Virus record (IMG/VR): IMGVR_UViG_3300030329_006012
Coordinates: 32,001 to 96,000 of that record
Reading direction: 5' to 3' (one strand)
Origin: a virus
Length of the DNA stretch: 64,000 nucleotides
A model generated the notes under the pieces. The model was not told where the DNA came from. It worked only from the letters and a program-made list of their open reading frames with translations, and searched no databases. The position numbers were made by a program, and so were the translations under genes. This document shows positions 42,414-51,415 of this stretch, piece by piece (the stretch's first letter is position 1; each line of letters opens with the position of its first letter).

Positions 42414-42481
42414 ATGTAAACTGTAGTGGGGGCCCCAAAGTGATGTTTTTTTTGAAAAAATGGTGTTTACGGAATATAAGC

Positions 42482-42489
42482 ACTATTTA
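42482..42489 (+). promoter_or_regulatory. Candidate late-promoter motif ACTATTTA for the scaffold-capsid operon
   Basis: Located between the terminator and the AGGAG-led ATG at 42547. Confidence 0.55.
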
Positions 42490-42546
42490 TATTAGATAAA
42501 AGCCCCATTCTGGCTCTAAAATAAAGATTTTAACAGGAGTAATCAC

Positions 42547-43578
42547 ATGTCAAATATGTTCGAACAAGCAATCATCGATGCGACAGCCCTTAAAGAAGCG
42601 GCATTAAAGAATGCAGAAGCAGAAATTGTTGAAAAGTATGCACCCGAAGTAAAAAAGGTTATGGAAAGTATTCTTGAAGCAGAAGATGAAGATCTTGCTG
42701 ATGAGGACGCCCTTGATATGGGTATGCCAATGGACGCCTCCGTGGAAGATCCTACGGCTATGGAATTGCCACTGGGCGCTGCAGCCGGCGAGAACGCTTG
42801 CCCGTGCCCAGACGAAGATGAGGAGGTCGTATTAGACCTGCCTGGCTTGGCTGCCATCGTAGCGGCCGAAGAACCAGCAATCGATGATCTAGAAAACACC
42901 GAAACTGCACTGGATCTTGATAATGCCGAGGAAGAGCTTCCACTTGAAGAGGAAGACGTGCTGTCCACGGTAGTGGCAGAACTCCTTGGTGAAGAAGAAA
43001 TTGAAGAAAATACCGAAACCCTTGAAGAAGAGGAAACTGTAGAAGAAGTATCTCTCGAAGAAGGGTGCTCTGACGAAGAAAAAGTCTCAGAAGAAAAGCA
43101 GACGAACGAATCAGTCGATTTAAGTAAAATCGCGGGAAAAACAAAAGAACTTTTAGGAACTATCAAGGCCCTCCAAGAGCAGAATGATAATTTCAAAGAA
43201 GGTAACACGAAACTGTTATCTAAAATGAACGAGCAAAAGGATTCTATCCAGAAGCTCACCACGACGTTGGAAGAACTTAGTCTCCAAAATGCAAAACTAC
43301 TTTATGTTAACGAAGTATTAAAGACCGACTCCCTGAATGAGCGACAGAAGCAAATTGCTGTCGAGGCACTTCAAGAAGCAAAGTCAGTTGAGCATGCAAA
43401 GACTGTTTTCGACACACTTCAAAGCACAGTGGTGTCCACCAAGAGGCAAACCGGACGACCTGAATCACTAAGCGAAGTAGTTAGCAACAAGACGTCGATT
43501 AAAATGCCTCGACGCAAAGAACAAAAAATATCTAATCCTCATGAAAACCGTTGGAAACTTCTGGCGGGGATTAAATAA
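42547..43578 (+). CDS. Prohead scaffolding/core protein
   Basis: Highly acidic, with a coiled-coil C-half, directly upstream of the major capsid gene. Confidence 0.75.
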   Translation: MSNMFEQAIIDATALKEAALKNAEAEIVEKYAPEVKKVMESILEAEDEDLADEDALDMGMPMDASVEDPTAMELPLGAAAGENACPCPDEDEEVVLDLPGLAAIVAAEEPAIDDLENTETALDLDNAEEELPLEEEDVLSTVVAELLGEEEIEENTETLEEEETVEEVSLEEGCSDEEKVSEEKQTNESVDLSKIAGKTKELLGTIKALQEQNDNFKEGNTKLLSKMNEQKDSIQKLTTTLEELSLQNAKLLYVNEVLKTDSLNERQKQIAVEALQEAKSVEHAKTVFDTLQSTVVSTKRQTGRPESLSEVVSNKTSIKMPRRKEQKISNPHENRWKLLAGIK

Positions 43579-43608
43579 TCTAACTACAAGAAAAAGGAGA
43601 CTTTAAAA

Positions 43609-45297
43609 ATGTCTATTTTAGGAAAACTTACTGAAGGTATTGTTGACCGTGATCTCTCCAAAGAAGGAACAGCCCTCTTAAACAAGTGGGAACAAACTGG
43701 CCTATTGGAAGGTCTTGGCAGCGACCGAGATAAAAATTATATGAGCCGCTTACTCGAAAACCAAGCAAAAGAACTTCTTCGTGAAGCTTCATCTATGGCC
43801 GGTGGCGATGTCGAAGGTTTTGCAGCTGTTGCATTCCCTATCGTTCGTCGTGTATTCGGTGGATTGATTGCTAACGATTTAGTTTCAGTTCAGCCCATGA
43901 GCTTGCCTTCTGGTCTGATCTTCTTCATGGATTTTACTTTAGGTACAGATCGTGGAGAGCAAGACGACCTTAAGGGAACGTCCGTATATGGCGGTGGAAA
44001 AGTCGCTTCGGAAATCACCGGAGGCGTATCTTTGACTGGCGCAAACGCTGATGAGAGTTTTTATAACTTGAACAGTGGTTACAGCTCACCTACTGGTTCT
44101 GTTTCAGTCGCTTTGGGAACTTCCACTACTCAGCTATCCGCTGCAGTGGATAATGCCGACTTGAATGTACCCCAAAAAGCTGCATTGCGTTTCGACCCTG
44201 ATGCTATCGCCAATACTGGTGCCGCGTATATTCAGCTTACTGCCGCTCTCGGCGCAACGATGAACTCTGTTAACTTAGAGAACCTTATCGATGTTGCTTG
44301 TGATGGCTTGGGTACTGACCGAATGATTCGTCGCTTGACTACTCGTGATGGGAACAACCTTATCATTACTCTGATTGCAGACAATGGTACGATTGCCTTC
44401 ACACCAGGAACTTCTGTAAATCTCAGCTATCCCTTGAAGGATGCATTTACTGATAGTGGCATTGCTTTAGGTGCTGTTGCAGGTACTGACCCTTGGGGTC
44501 TTGAAGGTGCAGGCGACGCAGGTTCAGTATATGACGGTTTAGCTCGTGATGAGATTCCAGAAATCGACATCAAAGTTGACAGTGTTGCTGTGACCGCAGT
44601 TACCAAAAAGTTGAAAGCAAAGTGGAGCCCTGAATTGGGTCAAGACTTGAACGCTTATCACAACCTCGACGCCGAAGTTGAATTGACAAGTATTCTCTCT
44701 GAGCAAATTGCTTTAGAAATCGATCAGGAAATCCTGAACGACTTGGTAAAAGGCGCTACTGCCAGCACTTATTACTGGAGCCGACGTCCTGGCAACTTTG
44801 TTGACCGTGACTCTGGCTTGTCTGTAACTGCCGACTTTACCGGTACTGTTTCTGAATGGTACGAGACACTTCTCGAAGTTGTCAACGACGTATCAGCTCA
44901 GATTCACCGCAAAGTGCTTCGCGGCGGAGCTACCTTCTTGGTTTGTTCCCCTGAAGTTGCGAACATCCTCGAATTCACTGCTGGCTTCCGTGCCAAAGTG
45001 ACTCACGATGATGACAAAGGTACTGCCGGTACTGTTAATGTTGGTACTTTGAGTGGAAAATGGGACGTCATGGTTGATCCTTACTTCCCACGTAACGTAA
45101 TTTTGGTTGGCCGCAAGGGCACCAACTTTCTCGAAAGTGGTTACGTTTACTCCCCATATGTTCCGTTGCAAGTCACTCCTACCATTTTTGGTCCCGAAGA
45201 CTTCACCCCTCGCAAGGGCGTGATGACTCGCTATGCCAAGAAGATGGTGCGTCCTGACATGTACGGCTTGGTTATCGTCGAAGATTTACTCGGCTAA
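43609..45297 (+). CDS. gp23: Major capsid protein (T4 gp23-like)
   Basis: LLENQ, FPIVRRVF, VSVQPMSLPSGLIFF, KLKAKWSPELGQDL.AYH.LDAE.ELT.ILSEQI.LEID.EI, YSPYVPL, KGVMTRYA. Confidence 0.96.
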   Translation: MSILGKLTEGIVDRDLSKEGTALLNKWEQTGLLEGLGSDRDKNYMSRLLENQAKELLREASSMAGGDVEGFAAVAFPIVRRVFGGLIANDLVSVQPMSLPSGLIFFMDFTLGTDRGEQDDLKGTSVYGGGKVASEITGGVSLTGANADESFYNLNSGYSSPTGSVSVALGTSTTQLSAAVDNADLNVPQKAALRFDPDAIANTGAAYIQLTAALGATMNSVNLENLIDVACDGLGTDRMIRRLTTRDGNNLIITLIADNGTIAFTPGTSVNLSYPLKDAFTDSGIALGAVAGTDPWGLEGAGDAGSVYDGLARDEIPEIDIKVDSVAVTAVTKKLKAKWSPELGQDLNAYHNLDAEVELTSILSEQIALEIDQEILNDLVKGATASTYYWSRRPGNFVDRDSGLSVTADFTGTVSEWYETLLEVVNDVSAQIHRKVLRGGATFLVCSPEVANILEFTAGFRAKVTHDDDKGTAGTVNVGTLSGKWDVMVDPYFPRNVILVGRKGTNFLESGYVYSPYVPLQVTPTIFGPEDFTPRKGVMTRYAKKMVRPDMYGLVIVEDLLG

Positions 45298-45323
45298 TCA
45301 AAACCAATACATAATATATGAAG

Positions 45324-45348
45324 AACCCGTCCTTGTGGCGGGTTTTTT
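45324..45348 (+). terminator. Intrinsic terminator after the capsid gene
   Basis: AACCCGTC-CTTGT-GGCGGGTT followed by TTTT. Confidence 0.82.
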
Positions 45349-45376
45349 ATTTGTGCTTCCTTTACTTGGAAAATAT

Positions 45377-45384
45377 ACTACTTA
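45377..45384 (+). promoter_or_regulatory. Candidate late-promoter motif ACTACTTA (TATAAT at 45395)
   Basis: Located between the terminator and the neck gene start at 45420. Confidence 0.5.
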
Positions 45385-45419
45385 CTAAATGAATTATAAT
45401 ATCTTATGAGGTATCCCGC

Positions 45420-46673
45420 ATGGCAGCTCCCGTCTTAACTCCAAAAAGCAATTCCAGCGTCTCCGTTCTTCCTGTAACGGGAACACAAGGAAACGTCTTA
45501 CCGGCTCTTGCCACAAAAGTATACAAAACCAGCGATTTCGTCTCTGGCGCACTAGACCAGGTCACCTACACTTACCGCAAATTAGGCGGTGATGTACTTG
45601 ACCTTGAAATCAAAGAAGAGAGTGTCTATGCTGCGTATGAGGAAGCTTGCCTAGAGTATTCGTACCTCATCAACATCCATCAGTCGAAGAACATCCTCTC
45701 TGATGTCCTCGGCGCCCAGACCGGAACTTTCGATCACAAGGGCGAGATGAAAGCTGGCGTCCTGAGCTCATCTCTTGGCGGCGACCATGTTAGCTTAAAA
45801 TATCCACTGTTTGATTATGCATATGCTCGCCGAGTTGCAGACGGTATTTCACAAGAAGCTAATGTCGGCGGCAGCGCCACTGTGTATTCGGCATCTTTTG
45901 ACATTAAAAATCAAGTGCAGGATTATGATCTGCAGGAGATTATCATGGCTAGTGGCTCCTCATTTAGCGGCAGCGTAGATAATAAAAAGATCCTAATTAA
46001 GAAGGTGTTTTATAAGACTCCAAGGGTTATGTGGAGGTTCTTTGGGTATCAGGGCGGCCTAAATGTTATTGGCAATCTAACGTCTTATGGGCAGTATGCA
46101 GATGACAGTACATTCCAAGTCGTTCCGGTGTGGGAGAACAAACTTCAGGCAATGGCCTATGAGGATGCCCTTTATACCAGAACATCTCAGTGTTCTTATG
46201 AATTAAGAAACAATAAGTTAAGGATTTTTCCAAACCCATCTGCATACAACATTGAGAAGATGTGGTTTGAATTTACGATACCTGGAAACAACTGGGAAGC
46301 CGAAGGCGACACCGATATTGGTATAGATGGCATCAACAACATGAACACCCTTCCTCTGGATAATATCCCCTATGAGAACATCAACTCTATTGGTAAGCAG
46401 TGGATTCGAAGATTCGCATTGTCACTGAGCAAGGAAACACTCGGCCTTACGAGAAGCAAGTTTGCCACAATACCGATTCCTGGCGAGTCTGTTACATTAA
46501 ACGGTGAGCAACTGGCTTCGCAGGCAAGAGAAGAACAAGAAAAACTTCGAGAAGAGCTCAAGACGATCTTAGACGAAATGACCTATGGTCAGTTGATGTC
46601 TAGTGATGCTGAGTTGATTGAGAACGCAAACAAGATACAACAGAAAATCCCCTTACTTATCTTTGTGGGATAA
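45420..46673 (+). CDS. Neck/head-tail adaptor protein (T4 gp13-like)
   Basis: C-terminal LGLTRSKFATIPIPGESVTLNGEQLASQAREEQEKL resembles gp13 KF.G..LPGGVTLNG; positioned right after the capsid gene. Confidence 0.72.
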   Translation: MAAPVLTPKSNSSVSVLPVTGTQGNVLPALATKVYKTSDFVSGALDQVTYTYRKLGGDVLDLEIKEESVYAAYEEACLEYSYLINIHQSKNILSDVLGAQTGTFDHKGEMKAGVLSSSLGGDHVSLKYPLFDYAYARRVADGISQEANVGGSATVYSASFDIKNQVQDYDLQEIIMASGSSFSGSVDNKKILIKKVFYKTPRVMWRFFGYQGGLNVIGNLTSYGQYADDSTFQVVPVWENKLQAMAYEDALYTRTSQCSYELRNNKLRIFPNPSAYNIEKMWFEFTIPGNNWEAEGDTDIGIDGINNMNTLPLDNIPYENINSIGKQWIRRFALSLSKETLGLTRSKFATIPIPGESVTLNGEQLASQAREEQEKLREELKTILDEMTYGQLMSSDAELIENANKIQQKIPLLIFVG

Positions 46674-46684
46674 GGAGGCGATAA

Positions 46685-49600
46685 GTGTCAGATAACGACA
46701 ACAAATGGGAACAACCGGCAGCTCCTCCTCCCCCTCTGTTTACGGGTAAGAAAGAAAAAGACCTCGTAAAACAGGTGACTGATGAGGTCATTGAACGTGT
46801 TATTGGCACGTCCATACTTTACTACCCCATCAGCCTTGCACATTCAGATTACCATCCGCTCTATGGCGAGGCCATAAAGAAGACCTATCTGCCTCCCGTC
46901 CACGTAGAAGTGCTTGCAGAGTGGGAGGGCGAAGAGACAACCACTACGGGATTTGGCATAGATAAGAAATCTTCTGTGACCATTCACTTCCACAAGCGCC
47001 GCCTGACGGAAGATCAGAATTTATTCGTCCGAGAGGGAGATTTCATCCAATATGGCGAGCAGAAGTACGAGATCATCACCCTTGGGCAACCAAAGCAGCT
47101 ATTTGGCCAGCCAGACTCTAAGATAGAGATTTCGGCCAAGTGTATTCGCGCCAGAGACGGCACTTTCCCATCGGAAGCATACCCCAATCCGGAAGAAGAT
47201 GATCCGCGATTCACCGCACCACCAGCCTGCGATCCAGTTCATGAAATACGAGTTTTAACGGGAGATACCACATCTACTGGCGGCGCCGGAGAGCAGCCAT
47301 GCGAACAGGTCTACGAGAGACCCGGCACCCCGCCACCACCACTCTTTACAGGCAAGAAAGAGTCGAACTTGGTGAAGCAGGTCGGAGATGAACTACTAGA
47401 GAGGGTCATTGGCCAGCAAATAGTTTATTTTCCAATCTCTCTAGGAAACTCAGATTATCACGAGCTCTACGGAGAGTCAATAAATAAGACTTTTTTGCCA
47501 CCCATTAGGGTTTTCGCCGCCGTAGACTGGAAGGGCAGCGATACAACCACCACTAATTTTGGGATTGACAGGAAGTCCGAGATTGAGGTGAAGTTTCACA
47601 AGAGGCGCCTCACAGAAGACCAAAATCTCTTTGTCCGCGAAGGTGATTTTGTCCTCTATGGTAAAATATTGTATGAGATCGTTACAGTCGGCCAACCCAG
47701 ACTTCTTTTCGGAAAGATAGATGAGAAGTATGAGGTTGTTGCAAGCTGCATTAGGGCTAGAGAAGGAACTTTCAGGCTATCAGAGGTGCAGGGTACAGTT
47801 AGTGAGTTTGATCTTGATTCTGTAACGGCATGCGAAAATGCCAATCTCGTAATTCCCGACGGCGTTGATAATACCATGTCAAATGTTGGCGCTGGAGCAG
47901 GGGTATTTAAGAATAAGACAGGCATCAACTTTAACATGAAAACTTTGGTGGAGGGGGACAACATAACCCTCACTTCCACTGCAGATGAGATAACCATCAA
48001 TTCTGTTGGTGCAGGCGGTGATTGGGATGGACAGAGAGATGGCGACGCAGCGATTACGGGGTCTCTTGTAGTGACCGACTCCACCTTTTTTGGAGACGCC
48101 CTTAGCGACACTCACACGTTTACAGGCTCAATCCTCCAAACAGGCTCAGGTGGGACATCTATATTTAATGATGAAGTCCGCGTTGCGGGAAATTTTTCTG
48201 CATCGTATCTTTCTGGCGACGGCTCCGGCCTTACCGGAGTAACAGGAGATTGGGATGGTCAACACATTGGCAACGCAGCAATTACAGGTAGCTTAGAGGT
48301 CTTAAATTCAACCACTTTCGGGGCCCTCTCAACAGACGTACACAAATTCACAGGATCTCTTCAAATCGGTAGCGCATCGGCCCAACACGCATCTAACTTA
48401 TCTCACGGAGGCGTACCAGCCTTCGAGGTTAGAAACAATGGACAACTTAGAACTAAAAACGACGGCGCCAAAGGATTTGAATTCGTGTCCGAGAATACCC
48501 CCAACGGCGGCGGCGGCAATGTTGCCACATTTTATATGGGCGACACCGATCCCGAAAACCCGAAAGAGGTTATGCGATTGGACAGAGCCGGCGGCTTTTA
48601 TGGCAAAGAAGCTCTGCATCTTACGTCACAGGGCTCTGGAGACAACAGGGATGTCCGCATCGCCGGCGCCTTTGATGAGGCGGGCGGCCATGCCGGCATC
48701 TCTCCCTATTATGACGCTACTGACGACGGATTAACCGGCTCCATGCTTGGGAGAGCTCACAAGAGGTGGAAAGAGGTCCACGCGAGAACAGCGTCTTTTG
48801 AAGAAGCCCGAAAGGTGGTTCCAACCACCTCCATCAATCATCACGGCTACGAACCCTACCTGGCAAACCACAACTATCTAACAAACTTTACAGCATGGGG
48901 GAACCCTAGTGTCTATGACCCGCTTACCAACAACATACTGGCGCGAGGAGATATCAAATTTGATATAAGTAGAACAGTGTATGACTCGGCCGGAGTGGAG
49001 ATTGCAAGTGATGCCTCTGGCAATATTGCCTATCCCGCAGGTCCACTTAGCAATACTGGGCTTGGGCTCCCATTCGATGGGGTCTATCAACAGTTGTGCT
49101 GGAACCCGCTAACGGCGAGCACCGTCATTAAGACAAACATTGATTTCACTACTAACGAATACTATGGCCCGGCAACCTCATCTATAGTCTACTCTCTTGG
49201 GAAGGTGGTGGTCCACTATGCCTCTAACGCAACCGGATCGTCCGTATCGGGGAGAATAAGGAGATACGACAAGAACCTCAGCTCCTCATTTTGGCATCCA
49301 CTGGATAACCTGCAAGATATTTCCACAGATCCCAGATACACAATTCATATGCTGGATATCCCCAATTACAACTATATGGAGGAGCTAGAAATCTCTATAA
49401 CAGCATCTGAAAATGGCTACAATCTGGGCGGCGCCCCCTCTTATATGGCTATCTCGGAAATTGAGTGCTTCCTTGACAATCTCATTCCCTATAATCACAA
49501 TCTGCCCAAAATTGATGGATATAGCGACAATGCTATGTACGGCGACTTGGATATGCGAGGAGGGAATGATCAAAAGAATATCGTTTTAGATGCCAGCACC

Positions 49601-50464
49601 GGAGATATTACGATGTCTGGCACTCTTTCAACTCATGGGGTGACAATGAGGGGCCACATCCTGCCAGATGAGGACGACGTTTATGACATAGGATCGCCAT
49701 CTAAGCAGATTAGAGATATCTATGTGTCCACCGGATCGATCATTTTTGGCGGCACTCACGCGATAAGTATTGATCCCGAATCCAACGGCTTTTCCTTTGG
49801 TGTGGTGGACGGCGTAGATGTTCCAGCCGCTGGCTTTACTATACCGCAATTAACTAACGAAGAACTCTCCTCTTTGCAGCCCAAAAACGGAACAATGGTC
49901 TATGACACCACTCAGGAAAAATTCCTTTTTTGTCAAGGCGGAGAATGGCTCTCGCTGGGATCTCAATCCGGAGGAGGAGAACAACCTACGATTCCACGAG
50001 GATCGGGAATCCTCAGCCTGACGGATGATGGCGACGGCCCCAATCGTCAGCTGCTGGAGGAGTATGCGGAGAATTCTGTTAGTTATTCTGGGAAGAGTTT
50101 ATATTTGGCCAATGTATCGGGAATACCACTAGAAGCATTCAGCCAAGGTGCCAAGTTCTACTTTAATGAAGGTGGTGTGTGGCACCCATCCCACTTTTTC
50201 AGCAATGATAAGGTTGAGTATCAAGGCGATCCGATTTATCCTGATATGCAAGATATATTATCTCTCAATGGTGCATCCGCTGCAGATCGGGCAATTCTCA
50301 CCGGATTGGATCAAAATGCGTCATCTTACGGCGGCCGAGCTATTTACTTAGGTGCAACCGGAAGTGCTCCCATTGGAGTGTTTTCCCAAGAGAATAAATA
50401 CTACTTTAATGAAGGTGGGGTTTGGCATGCCAGCAGCTTCTATACACTGAAGGATGAGGATTAA
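46685..50464 (+). CDS. Tandem duplicated neck/head-closure (gp14-like) domains fused to a fibre with two C-terminal YFNE modules (1,259 aa)
   Basis: GTG start with SD AGGAGG; two copies of PPPLFTGKKE...LYGE.I.KT.LPP...HKRRLTEDQNLFVREGDF..YG...YEI; DWDG...ITGSL repeats; YDIGSPSKQIRDIYVS. Confidence 0.7.
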   Translation: MSDNDNKWEQPAAPPPPLFTGKKEKDLVKQVTDEVIERVIGTSILYYPISLAHSDYHPLYGEAIKKTYLPPVHVEVLAEWEGEETTTTGFGIDKKSSVTIHFHKRRLTEDQNLFVREGDFIQYGEQKYEIITLGQPKQLFGQPDSKIEISAKCIRARDGTFPSEAYPNPEEDDPRFTAPPACDPVHEIRVLTGDTTSTGGAGEQPCEQVYERPGTPPPPLFTGKKESNLVKQVGDELLERVIGQQIVYFPISLGNSDYHELYGESINKTFLPPIRVFAAVDWKGSDTTTTNFGIDRKSEIEVKFHKRRLTEDQNLFVREGDFVLYGKILYEIVTVGQPRLLFGKIDEKYEVVASCIRAREGTFRLSEVQGTVSEFDLDSVTACENANLVIPDGVDNTMSNVGAGAGVFKNKTGINFNMKTLVEGDNITLTSTADEITINSVGAGGDWDGQRDGDAAITGSLVVTDSTFFGDALSDTHTFTGSILQTGSGGTSIFNDEVRVAGNFSASYLSGDGSGLTGVTGDWDGQHIGNAAITGSLEVLNSTTFGALSTDVHKFTGSLQIGSASAQHASNLSHGGVPAFEVRNNGQLRTKNDGAKGFEFVSENTPNGGGGNVATFYMGDTDPENPKEVMRLDRAGGFYGKEALHLTSQGSGDNRDVRIAGAFDEAGGHAGISPYYDATDDGLTGSMLGRAHKRWKEVHARTASFEEARKVVPTTSINHHGYEPYLANHNYLTNFTAWGNPSVYDPLTNNILARGDIKFDISRTVYDSAGVEIASDASGNIAYPAGPLSNTGLGLPFDGVYQQLCWNPLTASTVIKTNIDFTTNEYYGPATSSIVYSLGKVVVHYASNATGSSVSGRIRRYDKNLSSSFWHPLDNLQDISTDPRYTIHMLDIPNYNYMEELEISITASENGYNLGGAPSYMAISEIECFLDNLIPYNHNLPKIDGYSDNAMYGDLDMRGGNDQKNIVLDASTGDITMSGTLSTHGVTMRGHILPDEDDVYDIGSPSKQIRDIYVSTGSIIFGGTHAISIDPESNGFSFGVVDGVDVPAAGFTIPQLTNEELSSLQPKNGTMVYDTTQEKFLFCQGGEWLSLGSQSGGGEQPTIPRGSGILSLTDDGDGPNRQLLEEYAENSVSYSGKSLYLANVSGIPLEAFSQGAKFYFNEGGVWHPSHFFSNDKVEYQGDPIYPDMQDILSLNGASAADRAILTGLDQNASSYGGRAIYLGATGSAPIGVFSQENKYYFNEGGVWHASSFYTLKDED

Positions 50465-50466
50465 TA

Positions 50467-51288
50467 ATGGCAGAAGAAAAAGATAATAATAACGTTGTTG
50501 CTCTGGAGCCATCAACCATAGAGACTGTTGACTTGGCTATGTTTGAGTGGTTGAACGAGAACATGGATTTACATACCACTTCTAATCGCGGCTACAACAA
50601 GGTTCCGGTAATCTGGGTGTCTGCAGAGAGAGCCTTTCAGTCAAAGCGAAGCAGGGACATGAGGGACAAGGAAGGCGCCCTGATCCTGCCGCTGATCTCG
50701 CTAGAAAGAAACGGATTCCAGAAGGATCCGGCCATCAAAGGGGTTGCCTGGGCAAATGTGCCCCCAAATCCAGATGTTAAGGGCGGCGCCTTTACAATTA
50801 CTAGAGAAATTAAACAAAACAAAACGGCCAATTTTGCTAATGCCGACGCTAAAAAGCAAACTGGTCAAATAAATTTTCCGAGGAAGAACAAAAAAATTGT
50901 TTACGAAACCATTTCAATTCCTTTTCCCGTCTCTATTAATGTTAATTACGCCATTAAGATTCGTACAGAATACCAGCAGCAGATGAACGACTTGTTGCAA
51001 CCCTTTATGACTCGCACTGGAAATATCGACTATTTTAAGATCAAAAAAGACGGCCATGTTTATGAGGCGTTTATAGATGGAGATTTCACCTCCGAGAGCA
51101 ATGTTGAGGATATGGGCGAGGACGAGAGAATGTATGAGGCCGAAGTGGGGGTCCGAGTTTTAGCATATCTCGTCGGAGAAGGCTCTAATCAGGAGAAACC
51201 CTTTGTGGTTCGTCGAGAAAACGCTGTTGAGATCAAAATTCCTCGTGAAAGAGCCATGCTTGGTGAAGACGATTTTGATCTTTTGTAG
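50467..51288 (+). CDS. Tail terminator / sheath stabiliser (T4 gp15-like)
   Basis: Positioned before the sheath; IETVDLAMFEW, VPVIWVSAER and P.PV.INY.I.I.TEYQQQMNDLLQ patterns. Confidence 0.6.
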   Translation: MAEEKDNNNVVALEPSTIETVDLAMFEWLNENMDLHTTSNRGYNKVPVIWVSAERAFQSKRSRDMRDKEGALILPLISLERNGFQKDPAIKGVAWANVPPNPDVKGGAFTITREIKQNKTANFANADAKKQTGQINFPRKNKKIVYETISIPFPVSINVNYAIKIRTEYQQQMNDLLQPFMTRTGNIDYFKIKKDGHVYEAFIDGDFTSESNVEDMGEDERMYEAEVGVRVLAYLVGEGSNQEKPFVVRRENAVEIKIPRERAMLGEDDFDLL

Positions 51289-51345
51289 AAAAAACCCACC
51301 TAATACTCATAAAAAACACTTTTTCGGCTTTTGAAACTATTAAAC

Positions 51346-51353
51346 ACTAATTA
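51346..51353 (+). promoter_or_regulatory. Candidate late-promoter motif ACTAATTA (TATAAT at 51362)
   Basis: Intergenic, upstream of the sheath gene. Confidence 0.5.
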
Positions 51354-51415
51354 ATATGGTATATAATAGTGTCATGGTTGTATCTGCAATCAGACCCAAA
51401 GAGGAGAACTCAAAG

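Noticed and set aside
42344-42437. Additional small hairpin/palindromes (CTCTC-TGCG-GAGAG, GGGGCCCC) flanking the terminator
   Set aside because: They are short, could arise by chance, and have no supporting context beyond the already called terminator.
33087-42546. tRNA or other structured ncRNA genes in the larger intergenic gaps
   Set aside because: No cloverleaf, TTCGA T-loop with matching acceptor stem or CCA end was found by eye; only short hairpins and palindromes.
34923-43262. Long minus-strand ORFs (e.g. 34923-35510, 38004-38579, 42543-43262)
   Set aside because: They are antisense shadows of repetitive or codon-biased plus-strand genes, with S/P/R-rich low-complexity products and no SD or operon context.
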